In this document: piece after piece, positions 28,700 to 41,101 of the stretch | Layout of the letters: each line of letters opens with the position of its first letter | Numbering within the stretch: position 1 is the first letter of the stretch | NCBI GenBank assembly: GCA_951406725.2 | Contig: OX597817.1 | Coordinates: 10,416,001-10,480,000 of the forward strand | From: Octopus vulgaris | Taxonomy: Eukaryota | Direction of reading: 5' to 3' | Length of the DNA stretch: 64,000 bases | The notes under the pieces: model-generated | What the model saw: the letters and a program-made list of their open reading frames with translations, nothing else | Told to the model about the DNA's origin: nothing | Databases searched by the model: none | Program-made: the position numbers and the translations under genes

Positions 28700-29530
28700 T
28701 GAAGCCACATTCAGAAACAACAGTAATAATGTAATATAAACCTTTTCCCTTCATCCATCATCAATACTATTGGAAAAATGGTAATAAAAATGTATTTCCT
28801 CTGCTTCTCTTTCAAACATTTAATCTTGGAGAGAATTTTTTGATGAAGTGTAGCTCCATTGCTTTTTGGAATTTCGGATCATCTCTTCAACATTTGTAAA
28901 AGGGAAAGATTTTGAACTTTCCTTCACCACATATTTCTAGGTGCTTGCTCAATGGAATCTAGCACAATTCCTCTTGTCAGATGTGTTGTCTGTGGATTCT
29001 TGGATGTTTGCAGAAAGGGAATAGCTTGTTTCCCCAATGTAATTTTCCTTACAGTTGGGGCAAGTAATATAGTATATGAGATTCTGTGTCTTGCAGTTCA
29101 TATCTGCATTTACTTTGAACAAGGATCCGCTCTTGAATTTTGTGGGAACCACTTTCTATGTATTAAAAGTTGTTGTTGTTGCATGTTGCATGTCTGCTAT
29201 CTCCACATTCTTTTATCGAGAATTCTGATTCATTCTCTGATGTGAATTTTGCTCTTGTGAGGTAATTTTTGAGATTTTTTGGTTGGCGTCTACTGTTTTG
29301 TAAGGGGTTTTTATCAGTCAAATCTTTCATTTTGGGACTTCGTTGGGGTATAGGTAGGTTTGATTTTATGATGTAAAAGATGTTGGCTACCCAAGGATTG
29401 TGCGTATTAATAAACAGAAACATGTGTTCGTGAATTTTTTCCTTTGGTGTCCATAGTTGCGGGATGCTCAGCTTCATCGCCTTTTTAATTTCCTCTTTTA
29501 TTAACCCTAAGAAGTATCTCTGCTTTGTTA
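28700..29530 (-). mobile_element. Penelope-like retroelement fragment (RT-EN linker plus GIY-YIG endonuclease), frameshifted
   Basis: SRRQPKNLKNYLTRAKF linker and NLIYYITCPNCKENYIGET GIY-YIG motif in adjacent minus-strand ORFs. Confidence 0.85.
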
Positions 29531-29602
29531 GGAAGTTTCTATGTATATATATATGTATATTATCATCATCATTTAACTTCCACCTACCATGTTAGCATAG
29601 GT

Positions 29603-29682
<80 letters not shown>

Positions 29683-29685
<3 letters not shown>

Positions 29686-29960
29686 CTTTATATTTATTAC
29701 AGCACCATCTGCTGCGATCAAAATATTCAAATAAACAGGTTTCATTCAATATGTGACCGCATGTGTATCATTGACGATTTTTTTCCTCCGTCTTCCCTTC
29801 CTTGGATCTTTCCTTTTCCTATGTTTCTGACGAAGAGCTCCGCTCGAAATGTTAAATCCTCCTGCTTTCTTTCCTTTCCTGAGCGTCCAATAACACTATA
29901 CTTGTTCCATGTCCTTGCGTTGTTGTGTTTTCTCTTTGTGTTTTCATGTTTGGATTAACT
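29683..29960 (+). mobile_element. Penelope-type pseudo-LTR fragment embedded in (TA)n
   Basis: Carries a hammerhead motif; (TA)n on both sides; about 50 bp near its start recur at about 30733-30785. Confidence 0.5.
29824..29856 (+). ncRNA. Hammerhead-like motif in a Penelope-type terminal repeat
   Basis: ttt-CTGACGA-a-gagc tcc gctc-GAAA-t-GTT-aaa; extra A before stem II; vestigial stem III. Confidence 0.55.
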
Positions 29961-30130
29961 ATATATATATATATATATATATAAGAGAACAAGGTGTACG
30001 TACGCCACTATATATATATATATATATATATAGGTGTGTGTGTACATATATATTTATTTATATGCATATTTATGTATGTGTGTGTTTGTGTCTGTGTATG
30101 TGTGTGTGCATGTGTGTTTATATACATATG

Positions 30131-30470
30131 CTGAGACCCCCTTCGGTCATGACTGACCATGGGATTGCACCTAGAAAGTTACCCTCCCAGGCACAAGTCA
30201 GGACAAGGTTGTTTATGGAAGACCAGCAGTCGCCCATGCATACCGGCCTCCCCTCTCCACGCCACCAGTGTTATCCAAGGGATAAGGCAAAGGGCCAATA
30301 CAGCTTGGCTCCAGTGTTGTCGAAACTCATTTCTACAGCTGAGTGAACTGGAGCAATGTGAAATAAAGTGTCTTGCTCAAGAACACAACTCACAGTCCGG
30401 TCCAGGATTTGAACTCACAACCTCATTATCGTAAGCTTGATGCTCTAACCACTGTGTCATGCACCTTCAC
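30131..30470 (-). mobile_element. CORE-type tRNA SINE (OR-like; others 16863-17090, 34083-34300, 36278-36610, 4795-4940)
   Basis: tgaaggtgcatg..agtggttagagc head; gtgttcttgagcaagacactttatttcac CORE-like block. Confidence 0.8.
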
Positions 30471-31514
30471 TGTATACATATGTAATATACTATATGAATA
30501 TATAATATACATATATATGCATATAAAATTATTCATTTATATATTTATACATATATACATATATATATATACATATACGTACATGTACATACAAACATAT
30601 ATACACACTCACACGTACACACACACACACATGTATATATATACACATGCGCATATATTCATCATTTGGATGGATCAATGAATCAATGGATATATGGATT
30701 CAGACCAACTGTTGGTTGACTATTTTTTTGTATTTATTACAGCACCATCTGCTGAGATCAAAATATTCAAATAAACAGGTTTCATCATATTTATATTGGT
30801 GACCATATATGAAAATAACAAAAGAAACTGTAGCACAAATAAAACATGGCTGAAAGGAATATTAAATATACATGAAAAACATACAGAGTGTAGAAAATGT
30901 AATCCATTTATGATAGAGAGAAGAAAGGAGGGAAAGATATTCTGTGAGCATATTATGTTTATTTGGAAAGTAGTTCTATCGGTATTAATAAGAATATCCC
31001 TTAAATGGTTTAACAATTAATTGAGTTTTGAAAAACTGTGGTAGCTCTAAACTGTGTTATATCATTTACAAAATGAATTTCAAAATATATTACATAATAA
31101 TAACAGATAAATTTCTGGTAAAAGTAAGAGTGCTCAGACTTACAAGGAAATATTCAATAAGTTTGTCTGGCTAACCACCAATCAAGACAGATGTTTAAAC
31201 AGTTGGTCAGTTACTTCGAACTGATGTAACATGTCTGAGTTAAGTTATTCATAATACTGGCTTACACAATGAGAAAATTTTATGCCAAAAGAAAACTTAC
31301 CACTTCACTTTCATTGAAGTTAAAATTTGAAAATACAAAAAAAAAAAAAGAAAATTTTTTGCACTTAAAGACATAGCCTTGGCTGTGTAGTAAGAAATTA
31401 TCTTCCCAACCACATCGTTCTGGGTTCAGTTCCACTGCAGCAAACTTGTGAGTGAATTTGATAGCTGGAAAAGGAAAAAAAGCTTTCATATATGTATTAT
31501 TATTATTATTATTA

Positions 31515-31570
<56 letters not shown>

Positions 31571-31571
<1 letters not shown>

Positions 31572-32010
31572 CATCATCATCATTGTTTAACATCCATTTT
31601 CTATGCTGGAATGGGTTGGACAGTTTGACTGAGGACTGGCAAGCCCAAAGGCTGCACCAGGCTCCAATCTGATCTGGCAAGGTTTCTACAGCTGGATGCC
31701 CTTCCCAACACCAACCACTCCGAGAGAGTAGTGGGTGCTTTTTATGTGCCACCAGCACAGGAGCCAGTCGGTGGGCACTGGCATCGACCACATTTGACTG
31801 GTGCTTATTACATGTCACCAGCACAAGTGCCAGTCAGGCGGCACTGGCATCGGCCACGACTATGAGTTCACTTGACTCAACCGGTCTTCTCAAGCACAGT
31901 ATGTCGCCTGGCAATTCAAGGGCACTTTTAAATGGGCTGATTATGCAACACTGGTATCAGCCACAGCTGCAATCTCACTTTGCTTGCGGGGTCTTCTCAG
32001 TCACAGCATA
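31571..32010 (-). mobile_element. RTE LINE 3' UTR fragment (others at about 840-1060, 2255-2545, 5117-5640, 12190-12440, 14830-15091, 18040-18395, 24790-25085, 27690-28070, 37134-37300, 38669-39000, 42287-42602, 62553-62662)
   Basis: Shared motif gctggatgcccttcctaa.gccaaccac and (CAT)n tail. Confidence 0.8.
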
Positions 32011-32565
32011 TCTCCAAAGCATGTGTGTGTGTTTGTGTTACTGTTACTTTGTCTTGGCATCGTGTGATGCTTGTAAATGAACGTCACCATCATCCAAGCA
32101 GTGTCCTTCATTTCCAGTCTTCTATGAAAACATTTCTGGTCATGAGGAAACTCAGTTTATAGTCTAAAGTTTATTTATATATTTACTTAAACTGCAATGT
32201 TTCATGTGACAGAAAACAAAAACCTAGAGGTAATCATTATCATCTGCAAGGAGATGAGGAGATAACTTCATTTGCTTGCTTTTGTGTAAAAGATATGTGG
32301 CTTTAAAATAAAAGACATAATTGGATAAATATGTTTTGGCTTATTTGACCTCAGCAACATAAGACTGTTTTAATGAGCCTGCAGATCAGTAAACAGATTT
32401 TTACATATAAAAAAGAGTTTGCATATGTTTTTGGCCAAAAGAGCTAAGAAAAAAATAATTCAAGGAATCGGTGACATAACTTTGGATAAGTTAATGAGTG
32501 GTGCATCTCATCATCATCATCATTTAATATCTGCCTTTCCATCATGTTGGCATAGGTTGAACTGT

Positions 32566-32604
<39 letters not shown>

Positions 32605-32608
<4 letters not shown>

Positions 32609-32786
32609 AGATCGGTAGCCACTACACACATTTTTTTCTTCTCTCCTTGTTTTTTCTGTGTCCCTTTCTGTAGAAGAGCATAGGCTCGAAACATAAAAGT
32701 GTTTTTCAATTCCTGAGCGTTATACTAATACATCTATTTGTTTTGTACACCACCTGTCTTCATCTTTTGTTTTTTTCGTGAACTCT

Positions 32787-32790
<4 letters not shown>
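32605..32790 (+). mobile_element. Penelope-type pseudo-LTR fragment in (TA)n; decayed reverse copy at about 7430-7620
   Basis: Hammerhead-like motif, (TA)n flanks; 7440-7560 matches its reverse complement. Confidence 0.5.
32664..32699 (+). ncRNA. Hammerhead-like motif with variant core
   Basis: cttt-CTGTAGA-a-gagc atag gctc-GAAAC-ATA-aaag; same architecture as the 29824 motif. Confidence 0.45.
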
Positions 32791-32841
<51 letters not shown>

Positions 32842-33501
32842 CTCCACTGGTCAATGTTAACCATGCTTTTGTAGATTTCTCCAGATTGTTTCAGGAAGAC
32901 TAGCAGTTGCACATGATGCATGCAAGTCTTCCCTCTATGTGTCACTGGTGTTTATCCAAGAGAAAAGCTGCTGACATGGGCCCAGTACAGCATGATAGCA
33001 GTGCTGTCACAGACATGACTATCAGAATGCAAAGAGCTGGAAATGATACCATAAGGCATTCCACCTGATCTTTTGCAGCTCCATTAATCCAGGTTGATGG
33101 ACTGGTGCTTTTTTGTCAACCCTGGTACTTTTTTATCTACCCTGATTTTGAACACAGAATACATAGGTTCAGAATAAATATCACAATTCTATCTGACAGT
33201 CTATGCACACATACATACATGTGCACAGGCACATGCAGGCATACTCTGAAAGGATGAAAGGCAAAGGTGATCTCAGCAGAATTTGAACTCAGAATATAGA
33301 CAGACGAAATACTGCTAAGCATTTTGCCTGGTGTGCTAATGATTCTGCCAGCTTACCATTTCATGCATATATATTTGAAAACATAACTGCTAAAGCTTAA
33401 TTTTCTGCAGCAAATATTTTCCTATTTCCTTATTAATCCTTTTATGATTAGAAATATTAAAATTTCTAAGTCTCTCTAAGGGAGACTACAGCAGCGGTTC
33501 T

Positions 33502-33869
33502 GGAAATTAACAGTTATCACCAAGCTAATATGGCAGTCCATAAATATAAAACTAAAGCTGTCATCGATTAGCTCCAAGAGGCCATCGTCTCTAGCTAGCT
33601 ATATGATCCTTCGAACAGACGGTCAGCAGTGACACCTACTGGGTTTGACTACTCTGCATTGATAAAGGGCAAATACCCTGAAATCTGTCTGCAGATGCCT
33701 GACCAACAAAGGGAAGCGGCTGACCTCCCCTGTTCAAAGGTTATAATGGACACAGGTCCGTGTGTCATATAGCTAGCTAGAGGCGATGGCCTCTTGGAGC
33801 TAATCAACGACAGCTTTAGTCTTATATTTATGGACTGCCATATTAGCTTGGCGATAACTGTTAATTTCC
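33502..33869. repeat. Inverted repeat, 105-bp arms (33502-33606 / 33765-33869), with a hammerhead in the spacer
   Basis: Arms are reverse complements with only a few substitutions. Confidence 0.9.
33653..33695 (+). ncRNA. Minimal type I hammerhead ribozyme with mutated core
   Basis: tctgca-TTGATAA-aggg caaata ccct-GAAA-tct-GTC-tgcaga: perfect 6-bp stem I and 4-bp stem II; core differs from CTGATGA at two positions. Confidence 0.65.
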
Positions 33870-34790
33870 TTTTATGTTTATTTTGGAAAGATAACTTTTG
33901 AAAACCCATTAATATTTCCTGACTTTCTTGTCCTCAACTTCTGAATAAAATGGGGGTAGTATCAGGTGGTTGCTGCATTTCATACAAGGCAGCAAAGGAT
34001 CATGGATATAATGTTGTAACTAATCATGGGTCTTGGGTATAATGTAACAATCATCATAATTATACTTAGTAAGTTTTGATTAGTGGACGTGCGTGGCTTA
34101 GTGGTTAGGGTGTCAGCATCATGATCGTAAGATTGTGGTTTCGATTCCTGGACCAGGTGACGCGTTGTGTTCTTGAGCAAAACACTTCATTTCATGTTGC
34201 TCCAGTCCACTCAACTGGCAAAATGAGTAATGCTGCGATGGACTGGTGCCCCGGGAAACTGGGCCCATGAGCCTGGCTAGGCTTTAAAAGGGCGCATGTA
34301 TTTATTATTTAAGTTTTGATTGGGTTACTACTTCTAGCATTATAACATTCTTGTTTATTTATCATAGTTATCACTTTTGCTCCCTTTTTTCTTTATACTG
34401 TTCCAAACAGAGATCGACCATATGTAACCTTTGCCATAGCTTTGCCAACAGTTGCTGTTTAACCACAGGTCTTCTCTCATTAAGCAGACCTATGAGCAAA
34501 ATAGTTCCAGCTGTGATTATTCCATTTTTAAAAAAAAGACATTATGTATCCATGACTACAACATTTATTACATTCTTCATATTTTTAAGAAAAAAAATTG
34601 GCTACTATTTTTAGCAGGTCCAGCAACTACATAGAGGCTTCCTTGCTGGTGTCATTAACATGATGAGATTAATATTGTTACCTTCATGTGGTGAATGTAG
34701 CATATGCACACATTTATTCTAATTTGTCACACAGTCAACAATGCGTGAAAACATATTGATGCTGTATAGTGACTGCAACAAAATCTCTAT

Positions 34791-34831
<41 letters not shown>

Positions 34832-34940
34832 CAAGTCTTTCATTCTGCTTCTCTCTCTCTCTTGCTTTCTTTATCTGCCTTTCTTTCTCTTTCTCATTCT
34901 CTCAAGCTTTCTCCCATCGTTCCTTCTGTTTTGTACTCAT

Positions 34941-35362
34941 ATAGGCGCAGGAGTGGCTGTGTGGTAAGTAGCTTGCTAACCAACCACATGGTTCCGGGTT
35001 CAGTCCCACTGCGTGGCATCTTGGGCAAGTGTCTTCTGCTATAGCCCCGGGCCGACCAATGCCTTGTGAGTGGATTTGGTAGACGGAAACTGAAAGAAGC
35101 CTGTCGTATATATGTATATATATATATGTATGTGTGTGCGTGTGTGTGTGTGTCTGTGTTTGTCTCCTTAGCATTGCTTGACAACCGATGCTGGTGTGTT
35201 TACGTCCCCGTCACATAGCGGTTCGGCAAAAGAGACCGATAAAATAAGTACTGGGCTTACAAAGAATAAGTCCCGGGGTCGATTTGCTCAACTAAAGGCG
35301 GTGCTCCAGCATGGCCACAGTCAAATGACTGAAACAAATAAAATAGTAAAATAGTAAATAGT
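34941..35362 (+). mobile_element. tRNA-derived SINE with internal (TA)/(TG) microsatellite
   Basis: A box tggctgtgtgg, B box ggttcagtccc, CORE-like ttgggcaagtgtcttc, tail gtcaaatgactgaaacaa. Confidence 0.88.
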
Positions 35363-35590
35363 ATATCCACAACCCCTCTCAGACACACTCATTCTTATTC
35401 ATCTCTCTCTCTCTCTTTTTCTTTCTCTCTTTCTTATGATCTCTCTTTCAGTCCAATCTCTTACTCTCTTACACATGCACAAACACCCACATACACACAC
35501 ATGTTTAGTTTTCACTCTCTCTCACTCTCTCTCTCTCTCCCTCTCTCTCTCCCTCTCTCTCTCTCTCTCCCTCTCTCTCTCCCTCTCTCT

Positions 35591-35635
<45 letters not shown>

Positions 35636-35715
35636 CCTCTCTCTCTTTCTCTTTCTCTCTCCTTTTCACAAACACATACTCAAACACAATCTCGTTTAGT
35701 TTTTCTCCCTCCTTT

Positions 35716-35746
<31 letters not shown>

Positions 35747-36617
35747 TACACATGTACACTCATCTCCACTCTCCCTCTCTCCTTCATCTCCATTCCTTTT
35801 CTCATTCATCTTTACTCTTCTTTATGCTTGTCTCTATCTTCATCTCTTCTATTTCATTCACTCTTTCATTGTTATCTCGCAAAAATCGACAGAGCATCGA
35901 ACAAAATGCTTTGCAGGTTTAGTTTTGGCTCTTTTCATTCTGAGTTCAAATTCAAACAAGATCAACTTTGCCTTTCATCAGTTGGAGGTGGGATGGTCAA
36001 TAACATAAAGTACCAGTCATGTACTGGGGGGTCAGTCTAATCAACTAACCTCTTCCGTCAACACTAATTTATACCTGAATCAGAAATCATTCTCTCTATT
36101 TTGTTCTGCTGTAACTGAATCTGTAACTGATTGGGATATACTTTAGCTGATTCCAGTCACTGGTCTGCTGCCATGCTGGAGCAGGGTGCCACTTTCAAAC
36201 GTTTTGGTCAATGCAAATAACCACAACACTTTTTTTTTCTTTATGCATCTGCTACTTATTTCACCAACTTGTACTGGTGAAGGTGCATGGCTTAGTGGTT
36301 AGAGCATTGTGCTCACAACCATGAGGTAGTGAGTTCAATTCCCAGAGCAGGCTGTGTGTTGTGTTCTTGAGCAAGACACTTTATTTCATGTTGCTTCAGT
36401 TCACTCAGCCAAAGAAATGAGTTGCGACGTCACTAGTGCCAAGCTGTATCAGCCTTTGCCTTTCCCTTGGATAACATCAGTGATGTGGAGAAGGGAGGCC
36501 GGTATGCATGGGTGACCACTGGTCTTCCATAAACAACCTTGCTTGGGCTTGTGCTTTGGAGGGGAACTTTCTAGGGGCAATCCCATAGTCATTCATGGTC
36601 TTTACTTTTTTACTTAC

Positions 36618-37025
36618 TCTTACACTTTTACTCTTTACCTTGTTTCAGTCAGTTGACTGTGGCCATGCTGGAGCACCACCTTTAGTCAATCAAATCGACC
36701 CTAGGACTTATTCTTTGTAAGCCTAGTACTTATTCTATCGGTGTCTTTTGCCTAACTGCTAAGTTACGAGTACATAACGCACCAGCATCGGTTGTTAAGC
36801 GATGTTGGGGGGACAAACACAGACACACAAACACATACACACACATATATATATACATATATACGACAGGCTTCTTTCAGTTTCCATCTACCAAATCCAC
36901 TTACAAGGCTTTGGTCAGCCCGAGGCTATAGTTGAAGACATTTGCCCAAAGTGCCACACAGTGGGACTGAACCCGGAACCATGTGGTTCATAAGCAAGCT
37001 ACTTACCACACACCCACTCTTATGC
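36618..37025 (-). mobile_element. Same SINE family, minus strand
   Basis: Reverse complement of the 34941 copy. Confidence 0.85.
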
Positions 37026-37924
37026 CTACTTGTCCAACCATTATGTTACAAAACATATAGGGACACAATATTAGCAATAACACTGATTTTAATTAGGTAT
37101 AAATTTAAACAGGCACATAGACATATGCAATACATCATCCTCATCATCGTCATCATCATTTAACATCCAGGTTCTGTGCTAGCATGGGTTGGTCCAATGA
37201 GTCAAAAGACTACATCATGCTCCACTGTCTGATTTGGCTTGCTTTCTATGGTTGGATGCCCTTCCTAATTCCAACCACTTTACAGTGAGTACTAAGTGTT
37301 TACACACACACACATACACATATATATATGTAGGGGAGGATGTCACTCCCTGGAATAACATATATATATATTATTCCAGGAGGTAACAAGTTCAAAAAGA
37401 AGAAATGTCCAGCCACTGAAAATAAAATACTCAAAGATAAGTTTGAGTGTAAATAAAAATATTTAATCAATAATCAATAATCAGACAAGATATATTCTGT
37501 TTCAACAATGGTTCATAGGGAACTAAGCAAGACAAAATATATTTTACTGAATTAATGATTATATATATATTTGATGCTTTTTCCAAAGAATCTAATGCTC
37601 TTAGCTTAGTTTTTCCTTGGGGCAGGCCAGATTGGAGCTATTTCAAGATTAATCAGCCGAAATTGCGAGGATGATCTGGTTCTTGACTGAGGATAAAAGG
37701 CTTTGAATGACCCATCCTTGTTCTTTGTTTTTTGTTTTGTTTTTTGTATTGTCTATCTGAATATTTTGTTGTCCCTTTTTGTATCACCTAGTTGTCCGGA
37801 TGTTTTGCGTTCTTGTCCCATTTTGTATTTTATATATATATATATAATAAAATATTAGGGAATAAATCCAAACTTACAGGGAAAAATCAGATTTAGGATT
37901 GAATCCAATTTTATAGTAAAATAT

Positions 37925-38238
37925 TATATTATATTAAATTAGAGATAAAACCACTATTAGGCAAATCATACAATGAAAAACTTAAGCCAATACATAAGAT
38001 TAAACATTGATTAAACCTCGCTAAGTTAAATATTTAAATCACCTGAAGAATGACTGTAACTCGAAATTTAAGAATTGGACAGCCATGAAACGATCGTAGT
38101 GTTATACTAATTATCTTTTTTTAATAATTTTGATATATATTTAAAATAATATAGATTAATTAATCTTATGTATTGGCTTAAGTTTTTCATTGTATGATTT
38201 GCCTAATAGTGGTTTTATCTCTAATTTAATATAATATA
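37925..38238. repeat. Inverted repeat, 79-bp arms (37925-38003 / 38160-38238), with a hammerhead in the spacer
   Basis: Arms read as perfect reverse complements; element lies between (TA)n tracts. Confidence 0.9.
38040..38101 (+). ncRNA. Minimal type I hammerhead ribozyme, intact core (Penelope-type)
   Basis: cac-CTGAAGA-atgactgt..acagccat-GAAA-cgatc-GTA-gtg: stem I cac/gtg, stem II 7 of 8 pairs, palindromic stem III acgatcgt, GUA cleavage triplet. Confidence 0.75.
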
Positions 38239-38361
38239 TATATATATATATATGTGCTAACAGTATTTGTTTATAGGTTATGATGTAATACAGAATAGAT
38301 CTATAAATTTCAGACAAAACTGCAAGTGCAAATTAAATTTATACATTATTGAGCTTAAGAT

Positions 38362-38417
<56 letters not shown>

Positions 38418-39110
38418 CAGAAAATGAAGCATCACCTGAACAAGTTAAGTCAGTTAAACTGATTTTATATAAATAATGCATTTTTTGGCACTAAACTATG
38501 ATGCACTAAACTATGAACTTACAAACCCCTATGAAACTGTATTCATCATATTACAGTGTGGAAGACACATATCAGCACTTCAAAAACATACAAAAACTGT
38601 TATCTTGACATAGATATTCATCACAACAATTCTGACCTGGTTACTGATGTGATACCACTGCAGTGGAATCATCATCATCATCATCATCAACATTTAACAT
38701 CCATTTTCTATGCTGGCATGGGTTAGATGACTTGACAGGAACTGGCAAGGTCAGGGATCACACCAAGTTCCATAGTCTGTCTTGGCTTGGTTTCTATGGA
38801 TAGATGCCCTTCCTCATGCCAACCACTTTACAGAGAGTACTGGGTGCTTTTTACATGGCTCCATCACCAGTGCTTTTTTATGTGGCACCAGCACCAGTAC
38901 TTTTTACATGGTACAAGCACCCACACCAATGCTTTTTATGTGGTACCTTGGTTTTAGGATCTCAGCTCTCTTGTGGTGGGCAAGTTTTCTTGAGTCTGTG
39001 CAACAAAATTTTGACACCAAATAATAAATGTTTAAGTGAAGTTAACAGCCTTTGTCTATTTTAGAAAGGCTAATATGTGTCTTCCACACAATTGTTTTAG
39101 TATCACACAC

Positions 39111-39547
39111 ATAGGCGCAGGAGTGGCTGTGTGGTAAGTAGCTTGCTTACCAACCACATGGTTCCGGGTTCAGTCCCACTGCATGGCATCTTGGGCAAGT
39201 GTCTTCTGCTATAGCCTCGGGCCGACCAATGCCTTGTGAGTGGATTTGGTAGATGGAAACTGAAAGAAGCCTGTTGTATATATGTATATATATGTATATA
39301 TATATATATATATGTATGTGTGTATATGTTTGTGTGTCTGTGTTTGTCCTCCCACCATCGCTTGACAACCGATGCTGGTGTGTTTACGTCCCCGTCACTT
39401 AGCGGTTCGGCAAAAAGAGACCGATAGAATAAGTACTGGGCTTACAAAGAATAAGTCCCGGGGTCAATTTGCTCGACCAAAGGTGGTGCTCCAGCATGGC
39501 CGCAGTCAAATGACTGAAACAAGTAAAAGCGTAAAGAGTAAAGAGTC
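39111..39547 (+). mobile_element. Same SINE family, full length
   Basis: Near-identical to the 34941 copy. Confidence 0.88.
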
Positions 39548-40068
39548 TCAGATGAAATCACTTGCCTGGCAAGTACTATACTGAAATATGTACATATTGT
39601 GTGTTGTATATTTGAGGAGTATACATATATATACATGTGCTTGTACATACACATGCACTGAATATCAGATGAGTATATGATCTGTTCTGTTGGCAAACAT
39701 ATGATTATTCATAATGTATATTCAAGCTTTCAGTTTTGGTATGCATCTAATTACATCCACTTACTCTTTAACTTCTGTGAGAGTAATCTACCTTGGTTCA
39801 TATTATAAAGTCTACCTGCTTACTGCTGAAGTCACATCTCCTTTGTGAGGTTCAGCACCTTGAGATAAGCTTTCACTATTTCCGTCTGTATCTTTCTTAG
39901 CTTTTCATTTCGGTGGTTTCTGTCCACATGTGAGGGTGCATGGCCTGGTGGCTCAAGGGTTTTGCTCACAGGTGGCACGTTGTGCACTTGAGCAAAACAC
40001 TTTATTTCACATTGCCCTAGTGTTCTGTGGGAATTTGCATGTCGAAGAATAGACAATAACATTTTCTT

Positions 40069-40482
40069 TGGCGCATGAGTGGCAGTGTGGTAAGTAGCTT
40101 GCTTACCAACCACATGGTTCTGGGTTCAGTCCCACTGCATGGCACCTTGGGCAAGTGTCTTCTACTATAGCCTTGGGCCGACCAAAGCCTTGTGAGTGGA
40201 TTTGGTAGACGGAAACTGAAAGAAGCCCGTCATATATATGCATATATATATGTGTGTGCGTGTATGTTTGTGTGTCTGTGTTTGTCCCCCTAGCATTGCT
40301 TGACAACCGATGCTGGTGTGTTTATGTCTCCGTAACTTAGCGGTTCAGCAAAAAGGAACCGATAGAATAAGTACTGGGCTTACAAAGAATAAGTCCCGGG
40401 GTCAAGTTGCTCGACTAAAGGCGGTGCTCCAGCATGGCCACAGTCAACTGACTGAAACAAGTAAAAGAGTAAAGCGTAAGAG
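40069..40482 (+). mobile_element. Same SINE family, full length
   Basis: Near-identical to the 34941 copy. Confidence 0.88.
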
Positions 40483-40703
40483 TATGTCCTAAAAGGCAAT
40501 TAAAAGTAGTCGAGAGAGGATTTTTACTCCAGCCTCATAAAAAAATCCTCTCCAGTAATGACTTCCCAAACAGAATCATGGATTGGAAGGTTGTTGCCTG
40601 AGCAGTGCAAAGGTGTCATCTACCAGGAGTTGGGAATCACCAACAAATAATAGATGTAGCAATGTGCTGTTACAGCACATGCCCCCGCCCTCATACAACT
40701 ACT

Positions 40704-41101
40704 CACTAGTGCAGTGATTTTCAAGCATGGTTCCGCGGAACCTTAGGGTTCCGCCAGTACAGTCCAGGGGTTCCGCAAGAAGTTACAAAACTGCTAAAAT
40801 CGGCAATAATTTTTAATTCTCCTGTGCAGATATGTGTGCATAAGACAATTAAATTATTGCACAGGGGTTCCTCGAACCAGTGGAATGTTTCTTTGGGGTT
40901 CCGCTTCAGCAAAAAGTTTGAAAAGTACTGCACTAGTGTATCTAGAAGGGGGCAGAGGAGGTAGTCTGCCCCAGGCAGCACTTTTCTGGAGGCAGCACCA
41001 CTTTGGGGTTCGCTGTAGGCAATATGTATTTTTTTGTGGGGACCCAGGAGCTGCAGACTGAAGGGCCACCCCAGGCAGCACAAACTCTAGCTATGCTAGT
41101 G
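40704..41101. mobile_element. hAT-type MITE (outer), interrupted in its left TIR
   Basis: TIR cactagtgtatctag / ctagctatgctagtg; 8-bp TSD caactact / caattact. Confidence 0.65.
40712..40930. mobile_element. hAT-type MITE (inner)
   Basis: TIR cagtgattttcaa / ttgaaaagtactg; perfect 8-bp TSD cactagtg (40704-40711, 40931-40938); repeated gggttcc subterminal motifs. Confidence 0.85.

Noticed and set aside
37620-37670. Possible hammerhead in the 37570-37830 repeat (also 3909-4000)
   Set aside because: CTGANGA core is absent or deleted; too degenerate to call.
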